Source: Paraphysomonas bandaiensis (taxonomy: Eukaryota > Protista > Chrysophyceae). From it: a stretch of DNA of 64,000 bases. The position numbers were made by a program, and so were the translations under genes. A model generated the notes under the pieces. It was not told where the DNA came from and made no database searches. It worked only from the letters and a program-made list of their open reading frames with translations. This document shows positions 12,701-22,911 of this stretch, piece after piece. Each line of letters begins with the position of its first letter. Position 1 is the stretch's first letter. The stretch lies in the NCBI GenBank assembly GCA_965644295.1, contig CBFFRP010000280.1, positions 62,001 through 126,000 on the forward strand, given 5' to 3'.

Positions 12701-13098
12701 CCGGAGTTGAAGCTGGAAAAAAGTGGCCAGATGGAGGGGAAGATGTACCCCCTGTGATGCTGGACATGTCCGCTAATGAAATGTTAGGTGGCTTTGAGTC
12801 GGATGTCGTTATTAGAGTGCGTCGTAAGTACGACAACAAAGCTGTTTTGACTCACAATATTCAAATCGATGGCCCTCATCATATGATTCCACACAAAAGA
12901 CGATTCGCCGAACTACGAGATAAGTATCTGCTGTCACCAGAAATGAAAAAGAACGAAGGCGTAGATGTGACTGTGAGCAGGGTTTTAATGACTGATAACA
13001 AAGAGGTTCTCAACAGACAGCGCAGACAGGATATTGTGCAGCAAGAGATACAAGTACTTGCTGATGCGGTTAGAAAGACTTATACTTCGGATAGTTAG
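9781..13098 (+). CDS. Intronless alpha-helical repeat protein with C-terminal RAP domain; probably an organellar (mitochondrial) RNA-binding/processing factor
   Basis: 1105-aa ORF; Arg/Ser-rich, acid-free N-terminus (MLRRLAVHNQIFLRTQSF); about 17 repeats of the type AL.G(L/M)..MSS.H.EV..LL..L; C-terminal GFESDVVIR...NIQIDGPHH...RRFAELRDKYL is RAP-like. Confidence 0.75.
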   Translation: MLRRLAVHNQIFLRTQSFKVTSISLFNTSRYFYSSLDSNSSIQNHAIKGVKGNDVETGDVVNKIRVDFNKPLTSAAIANELYDLRHMRDTSVIDIGLIKGLQSSVEACEDSWTCEDLHRALTGVQSLPLTHPANRSLLYALSLKVNNVTGPIDVVLIVQALNALRNMKGDHMETRALLQPLASLLDAGLNQLDTRRSISVRDACTVISSVRMMDGLCDEVQYALSVVTSAEWEGSLGTNEFLATLRNMSRLPSESSCVQQVLTKLVSAVKISDTEDKNEKVVPALKVYDAMRGLSRMSSSHEPVRAALGTLCRLLDMAPVVSNRATVLKCAEALYSMRHMDCDSAEVSQLLCHIHEVLKSVSRPPERRSAVAESDSTSSVVTLPLTACCQALSGLRMMDSRGFEVRNLLVDLSYSLREEGRTGIAKRAAFGKGSHLTGRDVTLAAEGLQNKSCEHVEVRMVLGALAGRIQSMGGWFNGRDPTENPPREPLTQSGLESVLRCLYFMDASRPVVLKMVEYVTAHLRNRTSVPPLSGERASRILTGLTWMSSDYPEVLNLLNAFLSNLSHGKGGGWTEREVCLALSSLGSMSSRSGEIQGLLRILAHKMKSRDRLNDVNPLEVTDIALAIGGMRSMNSEHDEVTTLLSILTGRLECILSQEGAQLTGDDLSLIMTGLCNMSSDHKEVRKVIKILSLAMRNTSLELSSTCFIDILYGMRGFGSECYEVRAFIRCVLSLMAQPENQSALVGIKPGMIAKLLTGIRGLANEVTSDKRERAEPVVELVNMLTDVVLAVNGTFRTKDLCIALQGLQRLESWPQGHEYFCQATVDLVDALVARMANEKKTSSVLPLELAHRSRALYGLAGIADTASPCIFSLKVQLLDDIGALLKRVPISRIEEVQHTLQVMNFYIARDRDHVSDTVGNRAIECRKVALKTLNQWQRELTNNGKKNDSDSQTSSFIERRFRKEFDDVLSAINAGVEAGKKWPDGGEDVPPVMLDMSANEMLGGFESDVVIRVRRKYDNKAVLTHNIQIDGPHHMIPHKRRFAELRDKYLLSPEMKKNEGVDVTVSRVLMTDNKEVLNRQRRQDIVQQEIQVLADAVRKTYTSDS

Positions 13099-13176
13099 TA
13101 ATATCTATGCGTAGAACTTTGCCTTAGGCACGATGTATTTAGTATACCATATTTACTGATAGATGAAATTCTTATT

Positions 13177-15512
13177 AGCTGATAAGGTTTTTTTGCGGCC
13201 CGCCAGGGCCCTCGGCCCTCGCGGGCCCGCGGCCCCCCGCGGGCCCTCTAAAATTAATTTTTTTCAGTTTTTGCCTCCTGAAGATTTTGATTTGTTATAT
13301 TATTTCAGTTATTGTCTTTTAAAGATTTCGAGTTTTGAAAAAACTAATGTGATTAGTTTTTAATTTCGACTTTTTGAAAACTTAATACAAATTCATTAAT
13401 AATTTTGTCATCAAGCAGGCGATTAATAATGCATGATTCTAATTCAGAAGAATCAGGGAGAAAAGATAGTTGTAATAGCGATGATCTCCCTACAACTTTT
13501 CAGTGGGAAGGTTTCAGATACACTATCAAGCAGAGGAAGAGGCTTCAAGATGGTTCGGTATAATATATTCTCTATCAGTAAGCCACTGATCCATATATTT
13601 AGGAAATTTGAAGGGTTATTATCGGTGCTCAAAACACCGGAAAGGAAGAACATGTGGCTGTCCAGCTAAATTGACAATTCTTGTTCACGAGCAAGCAGAA
13701 GAATCTGATGAAAAACTGATAATTTCAAAGGGGAAAGAGGAGCACAAATGTGGTGCCGCCATCTTTATATTGCCTTCAGATTCACCAACATCTGATGATA
13801 ATTCCAAGGAGAGGTCGTCGTTTTGTAAAGGTGTATATGACGCAAGTGGTGAAATGAAACAACTTTGTGAAGCAATGGCGTTGAAAGATGTTTCGAAGTC
13901 CTCCATTGCGATTGCAAATGAAGTTGCGGAAACAACGCGAGCGAAATATAAGCAGCTCGGTGAGAAAATTGATATTTTTTTCTTTTTGCTGTTTTCACTT
14001 CATTTTCTTTTGCTTATTTCGGTAGGAATGCCATATAGATATCTCGAAACGTCGAAACTCAAAGCTTTGGTGTATCAGTGTAGACGTTTAGAGTTCAATG
14101 ATTGGGAAGGAATTATATCGTCGTATCCGCTTGTGAACTGTGCTGATGACGACGAGAGACTATTTTTACAGTTCAATACTTCAATCAATGTTAGCAATCA
14201 GATGCAGAAGATAATTGGCTTTGCACATCCTGATTTAATCAATATTGTAAAGGGTGGTCCGGTCCATCTGTTTATAGACTGTACTTTTAAATGTGTGCCA
14301 AAGGGATTTTCTCAGTGTCTAGTAATTATGATATATGACTACGCCTCGTCCCTATACATTCCTGTATTTTATATATTGCTGCAATCGAAGTTTGAAGAAG
14401 TGTATTCCATGGCTCTTTATTTGAGTAAGGCCTCAACAGATTTCATGATGGAGATCATCAATGGCTCAGTGGATTTCGAGAAGGGTCTGATGAATGCTAT
14501 CAAACGGAACTTTGAGGGCAAGCCTGTAACTGGATCCGATCCTAATGATTGGAATGTGCATGGCATTGTAACAGACGAGTCATCAACATCCCGCTTGATT
14601 AATAGAACCAACAATCCACTGGAAAGGTTTAACAGAAAGCTGAACGAGGCTTTTCCCACTGCGCATCCTTCCGTGGTGTTATATGTGAGTACTATTCGGA
14701 AGCTAAGTCAAGAATACGTCGAACTTCGAAACAAAATTCTCAGGGGTCATGCATCCCGGCCGAAACATCTGCCATTCCAGCAATTCACATTGCCAGAGGA
14801 CTACGCTGCATTTGAAATGGACAGGTCAGTCCAAAGGACTAAGTTTGCGCAGCTCAACCAATACAAGTTTTTGATTGGGAAGAGCCACTATGATCCTGAG
14901 GATGGGTGCATGTACGAGGTGGTGAGAGTTGGATTTTACGAGGGGTCCATCGTTGGCTATCGCGAGCAGTGCCGACTGCAGAATGGATATGTTGTCGATG
15001 TACCCACTGATGATTGTATTTCAATTGAGGAGATAGTGAAATACACTGGATGTGGCAAGGAGTCTACAGTGACAGCCGAAGACTGTGCTTTCACCGAGGA
15101 GATTGAGACATGCTGTGTTGCCGCCGGCAGGGCTCAGACCGGCGCCAAACGCCGGAATAGGGCCGGTGGGGCCGGCCCCGGCGTTGTTTAGGGGCGGGGG
15201 CCTGGGGGCAGTGGACGCCGGCTCGTAGAGTCGAAGCGTGGGGAGCCCCCAGCTCCGAAAAATGTTTTGGTATAAAGTTGCTCTTGCTTAAGATATTAAT
15301 AACTCTTGCTAAATTTGACCCTTTGCTTTGTGCGTAATACTGCCCTTTGCTTTGTGCGTTATTGTTGCTTGTGGTTGTAGTGTGTGTTGTGTGTGTTTTT
15401 AATTAAGAATTATTGTTATTATTGTTAGTTGTAGTAGAGGGCCAAATGCGGGCCGAGGGCCCTAGCGGGCCGAGGGCCAAAAAGGGCCAAAATTAAATTT
15501 TTCCTATTAGCT
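13177..15512 (+). mobile_element. Mutator-like (MULE) DNA transposon with imperfect GC-rich terminal inverted repeats, internally deleted
   Basis: Left end AGCTGATAAGG...GGCCCGCCAGGGCCCTCGGCCC...GGCCCTCTA matches the reverse complement of the right end AGCTAATAGG...GGCCCGCTAGGGCCCTCGGCCC...GGCCCTCTA; encloses a MULE transposase ORF. Confidence 0.85.
13608..15191 (+). CDS. MULE transposase, probably defective; true start is upstream in an extra exon near 13430-13557
   Basis: WRKY/FLYWCH-like finger YYRCSKHRKGRTCGCPAKL..EHKC; LFIDCTFK, YIPVFYILLQSK, VDFEKGLMNAI, WNV...RTNNPLERFNRKLN; in-frame intron at about 13960-14025; the CxFH motif is missing. Confidence 0.85.
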   Translation: MKGYYRCSKHRKGRTCGCPAKLTILVHEQAEESDEKLIISKGKEEHKCGAAIFILPSDSPTSDDNSKERSSFCKGVYDASGEMKQLCEAMALKDVSKSSIAIANEVAETTRAKYKQLGEKIDIFFFLLFSLHFLLLISVGMPYRYLETSKLKALVYQCRRLEFNDWEGIISSYPLVNCADDDERLFLQFNTSINVSNQMQKIIGFAHPDLINIVKGGPVHLFIDCTFKCVPKGFSQCLVIMIYDYASSLYIPVFYILLQSKFEEVYSMALYLSKASTDFMMEIINGSVDFEKGLMNAIKRNFEGKPVTGSDPNDWNVHGIVTDESSTSRLINRTNNPLERFNRKLNEAFPTAHPSVVLYVSTIRKLSQEYVELRNKILRGHASRPKHLPFQQFTLPEDYAAFEMDRSVQRTKFAQLNQYKFLIGKSHYDPEDGCMYEVVRVGFYEGSIVGYREQCRLQNGYVVDVPTDDCISIEEIVKYTGCGKESTVTAEDCAFTEEIETCCVAAGRAQTGAKRRNRAGGAGPGVV

Positions 15513-16698
15513 TCCTTTATGTATGTCGGTAACTATTTCACGATTTCCTATTACTATGTGAAAGTTGGAAAATTTAATATGCGTAATTCTTTAAGTTGCC
15601 GTTTCGATTAGTTAAGCACCACATTTTCCTGATTAAACAACATATTAGTTTAGCATCATCAGTACATTTTTCCCTGTAAGCTTTGGTGCGTTGCTTTGTA
15701 TGAACAGTGTTTATTACTTCTTGTTTCTAACGTCTATATAGCTAAAAATGCCATGCCATCAAGGTTGTAACGTCATTCAACATCAATGCACAAGATAAGC
15801 CTAATTCTGCACTGCGTGTTGACTTGTGCTGTACAGTTTGACATACGCTGCAGAATAGGAGAGAGTTAACGAGGTGAAAGAATTGAAGCGCGTGATCAAA
15901 TAAATGGTTAATTAAAGTAGATAGACGTCAGTTATGTTTAATTCTAACATAGAGACGCTGTCTATTACATGTCCCGTGATACAAAATAGCCTCTAGCCAC
16001 AGTTTTCGTATATAGTAATCTATTGATCAAGTTGAATACATAGTGTCATATCTGAATAAACTCCCTATTAAAATGCTTGTATTGCAGCCCATTTGACTTG
16101 TTCACGGAGAGACATGAACAGTCTCAATAAACCCTACTTACTTCGACCGACCGATACACTGGTACGGAATAAGACACAATGACTGAATACCAGGCAGTGC
16201 ATGTGGGATTAGACTTACTGTACATAATATCATTTTTATTGCTATGAAATTATGAAGAAAGAGAGGAGTCTACTGGTGACAGTTCGATAGTTAAACATAT
16301 ATGAATATATATACTGTGCATGTGATGGATAAGATATGAGCTCCTACGATCGTAGCAGAGGCAGTGAGGACAGATTGTGGACAGGACTGTATATGGATGT
16401 AGTATTATGTATTCTTGATGAATAGCAGCCGATGAGTTGAGAACTGATCTATACTAGAAACAAATGCAGATGCTGATCACAGTCGAGTCATCATGCTTAT
16501 GAGCTCATAGCAATGAGACAGCGACTATCCCTATAGGGTCAGCTCATATCTCAATGGGATATGCACAACAACAGCAAGCAACAGATCCATCACTGTCACC
16601 ATACTGTAACTACACCGTCACATCATGCTATACATTCATATACGGCGTGTATACCTCTATATATGAACATGTATGCTGTGTACATACCACGTATGTAA

Positions 16699-16825
16699 TA
16701 TTTTTCGGGAATATATTGAAGCAAATATACTCCACATTACTGCAACACAATGTACGGCTGGAATACAGATAATTGTTGTCTCAATAATAGAGGCATATTG
16801 GAAAAAAAATATACAAAGGATGATA
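16699..16825 (+). repeat. Dispersed ~125-bp repeat, copy A
   Basis: TATTTTTCGG..ATTGAAGCAAATATACTC.ACATTACTGCAA...GCTGGAATACA..TAATTGTTGTCTCAATA.TAGAGGCAT is shared with 18791-18919 (-) and 24323-24459 (+). Confidence 0.85.
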
Positions 16826-16978
16826 TACACCAGTATACCGCCGTATACATGCACAGTTTGATGAACACAGGTGTGCATCTATACGGTATACGTCTATATA
16901 ACATATGCACCGTATGCAGCTCTTCGTTCATTTATCGTTCCTCAAGCCTCAGTTTTCCATATACTGTAATTATTACCT

Positions 16979-17746
16979 ATGCTTGGGCGTTGTCTCTGCT
17001 CTGCCAGGAGGCAGCTGAGTGTGCATCATAGAAGTGTTAGCAGTAAAGTTATGTCCACCGGAGAGGTTGTTCTAGACAACAGTGCGGTGCATATAGTCCG
17101 AAAAGCAGTGGGACCATTTGCTATGAATGAATATCTCCTTGTCTGTAAAAAAACAAAACAAGCCGCCCTTATTGATAGTGGAGAATCTCCCGAAAACTAC
17201 TTTGAAGGAAACAGCGGATCTCTCCCTTTTAATATAACCCACCTCTTACAAACTCATGCTCATGTTGATCATGTCGCCGGTCTACGGTCCACTAAAAGTA
17301 AATTTTCGGATGCTCGTATCTATATACACAAGGACGAAATGCCGGTATATGATCAAGTGGGTAAGCAAGCTCGTATGTTCGGCGTACCCTGTGAGCTCCC
17401 TTTACCAAGTGTTGATGAACTTATTGACGAGGGCATGACAATCCAAGTCGGAGCCTTAAAATTTGAAATTATATTTACACCTGGACACTCACCTGGTGGT
17501 TGTGTTTTCTTCCACAACGACGTAACATATCCTTTTGCTTTTGTAGGAGATTTAATCTTTCGAAATTCCATAGGGCGCACTGATTTGCCGGGAAGTGACC
17601 CCAAACTAATGAAGTCATCAATCTGTAAAATAGTAAATATGCTCCCACCTAAGACCCTGTTGCTACCTGGCCACATGGATGTTACTTTTATGTCAAAGGA
17701 AAGAGCTTCAAATCCTTTCGTTCTCGAATGGGTAGGTCGAAAGTAG
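16979..17746 (+). CDS. Metallo-beta-lactamase-fold hydrolase (glyoxalase II/YcbL-GloC-like), likely mitochondrion-targeted
   Basis: THAHVDH, TPGHSPG, VGDLIFRNSIGRTDLPG, PGH motifs; intronless 255 aa; Arg/Ser-rich N-terminus. Confidence 0.9.
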   Translation: MLGRCLCSARRQLSVHHRSVSSKVMSTGEVVLDNSAVHIVRKAVGPFAMNEYLLVCKKTKQAALIDSGESPENYFEGNSGSLPFNITHLLQTHAHVDHVAGLRSTKSKFSDARIYIHKDEMPVYDQVGKQARMFGVPCELPLPSVDELIDEGMTIQVGALKFEIIFTPGHSPGGCVFFHNDVTYPFAFVGDLIFRNSIGRTDLPGSDPKLMKSSICKIVNMLPPKTLLLPGHMDVTFMSKERASNPFVLEWVGRK

Positions 17747-18790
17747 GAATATATAAGAATTATGCTGTATGTGATATGCTTGTTGGAGGCGTAATGTGTA
17801 ATATATCTGGGACCGTCTTATCAAAGTTATAGTAAATATAAGATATTCCCCCACAATACAACAGCATTTCTTCTAGGGATTCGTTTGTTGAATTCTATAC
17901 TCTAGTACATCCTGAGATCCTGAGTTTCAACTCTGCTTAGTGATCTAGTTGACACACACTAGCTAGTACAGCTATAAATTATAATATTTTGCATTGTATT
18001 GCCTGTTCTTCTGATGTAAATAGTGATGCATTGATTACGTAATAGTAGGCACTTAATTTCATAATTATGTTTTTGTGTTGTTCTTGTTGCGTGACTTTGA
18101 TAGTTCATAGCGTTAATTTGGTACTATTAAACACCGTTTTCATTATTATTAATACCAACACGGTGGATGTAAATATACGAGCGACACGTCGTCTTGTGTT
18201 TTTGAAAAGCTGCGCTAATACCACTATTCCACACTGACGTAGTGGCATATTAAAAAATAACGTGGGTCATTTGTATAAAATAATACTGTAGAAGTTTTTT
18301 CTTAGCTCTAAGTTAAATCTCTGAAGCCCGACGACATTACTGAGAGATTAAACTGTAGTTGATTCATTTAAACATTTTCTAGCATCAGTAGTAGTAAGTT
18401 TAAGGTTACGTCCAGTGGGAAAAACCGCAATGCTTCCCACTGGAGGCGGGTGAGAACCATTAGGATTATGCCTGCGATACATGCAACGTCAACTGTCCCA
18501 AAAATCAGGCCGGATGATAATCTACTCTGACACTACCCCATCACTAACCCCACACTGTAAATAAAGTACCCAGGAAACTTACTTCATGACTCTTGATGCT
18601 ATTCGCTAACAATTCTCGAAGTACTCTTGTAGAAGATCGCAACTGATGTGATTGCAGCTTGTAAGATACACATATCCATATATGGCTATACTGGCATACG
18701 CTATGCAGCATACCATCTTCATTGTACTGTACCTATACAGTTGGTATACTGAGCCGTAGCACTGTACTTTATATGTACACAGAAGTATGA

Positions 18791-18919
18791 CATATCGGTG
18801 TTTTTGTTCAAAGATGCCTCGAATATTGAGACAACAATTATGTGTATTCCAGCTGTAGTTGTATTGTAGTAATATAGAGTATTTTTGCTTCAATATATTT
18901 ACGAAAAAATAAGATGCTA
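18791..18919 (-). repeat. Dispersed ~125-bp repeat, copy B (inverted)
   Basis: Reverse complement AGCATCTTATTTTTTCGTAAATATATTGAAGCAAAAATACTCTATATTACTACAATACAACTACAGCTGGAATACACATAATTGTTGTCTCAATATTCGAGGCATCTTTGAACAA aligns to copies A and C. Confidence 0.85.
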
Positions 18920-19191
18920 ATTGCCGATACGGATATCAAAAAACACACTGCCAACTGCACACTTTCTGCAGATATTTTCGTGTGGTGGCCACATTTTGAC
19001 CATTTCCCATATGCAGAGTACATGTACACCATACAGCATTATGTAGAGCTGTGTCATACAGCAGTATACAGCACAGTATAGCTGTAGCAATGGCCGCAGG
19101 CAGGTCTGGTTGTTCTCTAGCTATGTATGTATCATCTCGTTGACAGTCACTTACATGGACTAACCCTGTTATTACACTCCATAAACATATA

Positions 19192-22100
19192 ATGTCCTGT
19201 AGTTTAAGGGTATTATGCCCTCATAACCTCGACAGCACACCTTGTGTTGTTTTCAGCACTGAGAATCAACGGTATGATGTCGAATCAAACCATCCGATAT
19301 GTTATTGATCATATACTCGTATAGTGTCCTCATTGATGCTGGTGAAGGGGTTCAGAGGCTCTGTGTGGAACATAGAGTAAGATTGGGTAAATTGGAGAGT
19401 GTATTACTGACATCTCTATCGCCGAGTACGCTATCAGGGCTGCCGGGTACATCATACGCCTCAATTGCAACACTTATCTGTACTTATAGTCTATGTATAG
19501 GGCTCTGTTTGACATGTGCCGATAGTGGACGATCGGCATTATCATTAGTTGGTCCGAGAGGGTTACTACCGTTTTGGCAATCGACTGGTCAGTTTACGTA
19601 TCGATCGCAATTTTCAATTGGCGTACGAGAGGTGGAAACGGACGTTGACCTCGTGGCTGAGCTCGATGCTGCTTATATACATTGTGTCGCTATTGATTCA
19701 GGGAATGAAGAGTATCCCACGCATATGTGTTATGTGATAGAGACGAAACCTCTTCCAGGAAAGTTCGACGTGGGTAGGGCGAAGGCCCTTGGCGTTCCAG
19801 TTGGTCCCATGTTTGGCTTGCTGCAGAAGGGCACAGAGATAACGCTGTCCGATGGAAGGACTATCAAGCCGCAGGATGTACTAGGGGTTGCAGAGAAAAG
19901 CAGGTGAGTATATAAATTTTGCGCACTGCACTGTATGTGGAAGGGGCTACTATAGCAACATCTGTAAATGGCATGTAGTAACGGTGTTCCTATAGATTTG
20001 CAGTGGTGGTGTGTAATGCTGCTGGCCGCACAGCTGATGATTCTACGATACTTTCTTCTCTTGTGAACCACCCCTATTGGTGCAGATTTAAAAGTGGCGG
20101 CGAGTGTGAGGGTCGCCTGGACTGTATGCTTCACTTCAGCCCCTCTCATGTTACTTCTTCATCTCTCTACACTGCATGGATAGAGCTTATAGGAAATACG
20201 ACACATATAGGATTGGGTGATGGGGATTGCTCCCCTGAGTCAGCATTTTTGGCTTCTACTCTCTACTCTTGTCGACTGAATAGTCTCTTCCCTGATGTTT
20301 TTTCTCTGGTGGCTACATCTGCTCACCAGAGAAAAAGTTTAGAGGGGATGATGAAAGCAGGATGTCCAGGAATGCGATATAATTTACTCCCCGCTAAGCA
20401 AAGAGGTCTGGAAGGATCAGATGCGACCGAATCATTTGATCTCGCGCTCTCTGGTGCAGTGGATCAGTTGTGGGAGGGACGAGAAGACGACAAGGACCGA
20501 GCGGACATACTAGTGAGAAGTACACTGGAGGCTCGATCTACGACCGATTTCAATGACCCAAGGGCTAACCTACTTAAACAGAGTTCTCATTGCGCGGTGT
20601 CCTTCTTAGGTTACATATGCCGACCATGCGTGCCCTATGTGACGTTTTTTTATTAGGAACGGGTTGTGCACAACCATCAAAGTATAGGAACGTGTCCGGT
20701 ATATTCCTTCAGGTTACTTGCTGCGCTTTTGTGGTATTGGAACTGAATTAATGGGTAACAGGTTGATGGGGGGGCTATAATGTTAGACTGCGGTACGCAC
20801 TTTCGATGTATATTTTGCAGTTATAACTGTATATTAGGGGAAGGATCATGGCAGCAACTGGTGAGGATGGTCATGCATACGCCCAAGATGATGAATAGGA
20901 AGGAGTCTTGTTCATCGACGGAAGTGGAAGAGTGGGCTGCGACAGCGCTGAAGCTGGTCTGGATCTCTCATCCCCACGCAGACCACCACCTCGGACTGGT
21001 ATTTTACGTATGTTACTCTTTTTAGTACTGAAATTTTATAGGTGAGAGTAATATCTGAGCGGCAGAGGTTCCTGAGAGCAGCTGTGGGAGGCAATCCCGA
21101 ACCACTACTTGTGATTGCACCACTTTCTGTGCTTTTATTTTTAGAGGTAATTTTTTTCTGTCTTTGTTTTCTCGTATCATGTTACTGCAGGAATTTGCTG
21201 TACTGGATCCACTGGTTAAAGATGCTTATACACCACTACTTAACAGGTATGCTCTTTCCATTGACTATATGCTCTGTAAAGTGTTGTCAGCTACTTTGAA
21301 CCAGCTGGTAGCGCAACTGAATCTCGGGGATGTACTGTTGCATCAGAAGTTGCCTGTGAAAATACTTGCGGTGGTGAGTTTTGCTGTTGTTGTCGACCTA
21401 TCCCCTCATGCATCCTCTTGTACGAGGGCCATCAGAAAATTTGCGAAATGTGAAGCCCAAGAGAGTTTATAGAAACTTTCAGACGGAAGCGAATACAGAG
21501 AAAGCTGCCGATATTTTGCGGAAGCTTTCTATAACAGCCTTCAGGAATGTCAAAGTAGTACACTGTTCGCAGGTTATTAGAGACTCTGATATACATCTAG
21601 CCTGCTTATTTAATTACAGGCGTACGCTGTCAGCCTAGAATTTTCTTCTGGCTGCAAAATCGTATACTCTGGCGACACTCGGCCGTGTCAGCAGGTGGTT
21701 GACCTTGGGAGGGATGCTACGATCTTAATTCATGAGGTTGATCTCTGAATATTTACAGTCTTTTCTGATTTAGTGGAACAGGCAACTTTTGATGACACGA
21801 AAGGTGATGAAGCAGTTAAAAAGAAACATAGTACAATATCTGAGGCTATATCAGTAGGAAAGGTTAGTTTACAAGTCCCATTCACTCCACTTTTCAAGTA
21901 CTTGCAGGAAATGAATGCTTATCGTGTAATATTGACACACTTCAGTCAAAGGTGAAGTTGGTTTAGAACTTTTAGTATTTGTACTGATGTTTCTTAGGTA
22001 TCCCTCTGCCCCACCCCTTCCTTCTGACTGTCAAACAACAACATCATCGGTTATTTTGGCGTTTGACTTTTTGCGATTGTCATTTGCGGACTGCCTATGG

Positions 22101-22301
22101 GCTCCACTAATGAACAGAGTTCTAAGTATTGCTTTTCCACCAGAGTCAGATGAGTTAGATGATATAAACAATGAGGCCGGTACTGAAGGACAGTTAATTG
22201 ATAGTAATAGAATTCCCACATCGGGGGGCGGAAAAAAAGGAAAAAATAGACCTCTGCCTAGTGGTAGCGAGTCTGTCAGTAAGGTACCAAAGTACAAGTA
22301 A
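19192..22301 (+). CDS. ELAC2: tRNase Z long form (ELAC2/Trz1), multi-exon
   Basis: DAGEGVQRLCVEHRVRLGKL; exosite GKFDVGRAKALGVPVGP; FLGTGCAQPSKYRNVSG; LDCGEGSWQQL; WISHPHADHHLG; VYSGDTRPC; IHEATFDD; KKHST; LTHFSQRYP. Confidence 0.95.
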
Positions 22302-22768
22302 TAAATAGATAAATAGGGAATTCATGTGATTACTAAAATGAGTAGTGGTTACTTGCCGACGATACAACTCCACTGTTAATTGAATTAATAATTAATAATA
22401 TACGGCGTATATTAATTTACCAGCAGTTGAACATGCGCTATTTCGGTTACCCTTTACGCATGACCATTTAACTTAGTCACCTCTTCTCTTACAACTCCAC
22501 GGTTACGACGTAACCTATGCTGCACGCATTACACTACAATGTGATATACTATATATTGAACACTACGTAAAAACAGGGGGATTTTGCGTTCCTGAAAGCC
22601 AATGCAGTCATCGAAGTCATTCAGTGGAGAAGTGCTGAAGGGAGATATAAGCGCTATCACTCATAGCATATGAAGATCTCGAGATATCCAGCAGATCATA
22701 GTGTGAGTGTGTGAGTTATATCCACAGCTGCATTGACCCATCTTCCCCATAACACTCACAGGGGACCC

Positions 22769-22911
22769 ATCACTATATACTATATAGTGATATTTAACCA
22801 CGGGAAATAAGGAGACTATATCGTCCCGCGCTCAAAATTTTGAAACGAGGGCGAAAAGCCCGAGCTTTAAAATCTAGACAAGGGATGATACTCCTTATCG
22901 CTAGGTTAAAT
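22769..22911. repeat. Compound palindrome: 23-nt perfect-arm palindrome plus ~120-nt imperfect hairpin (MITE or transposon-end-like)
   Basis: ATCACTATATA-C-TATATAGTGAT, then arms TTTAACC/GGTTAAA, ATAAGGAG/CTCCTTAT, TATCGTCCC/GGGATGATA, ATTTTGAAA/TTTAAAAT around the GGGC-GAAAA-GCCC apex. Confidence 0.8.

Noticed and set aside
13165-15525. Target-site duplication for the MULE
   Set aside because: Flanks ATTCTTATT (left) and TCCTTTATG (right) are only loosely similar, so no 9-bp TSD can be claimed.
16554-17031. Short overlapping ORFs upstream of the MBL gene (also 18606-19032, 37392-37845, 63293-63701)
   Set aside because: They arise from low-complexity TA/TG-rich promoter DNA and the dispersed repeat, with Y/C/V/I-biased pseudo-peptides.
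16979-22301. Tandem duplication or operon of two MBL-fold genes
   Set aside because: The glyoxalase-II-like and tRNase Z families are anciently diverged and share no visible DNA similarity, so adjacency is probably chance.
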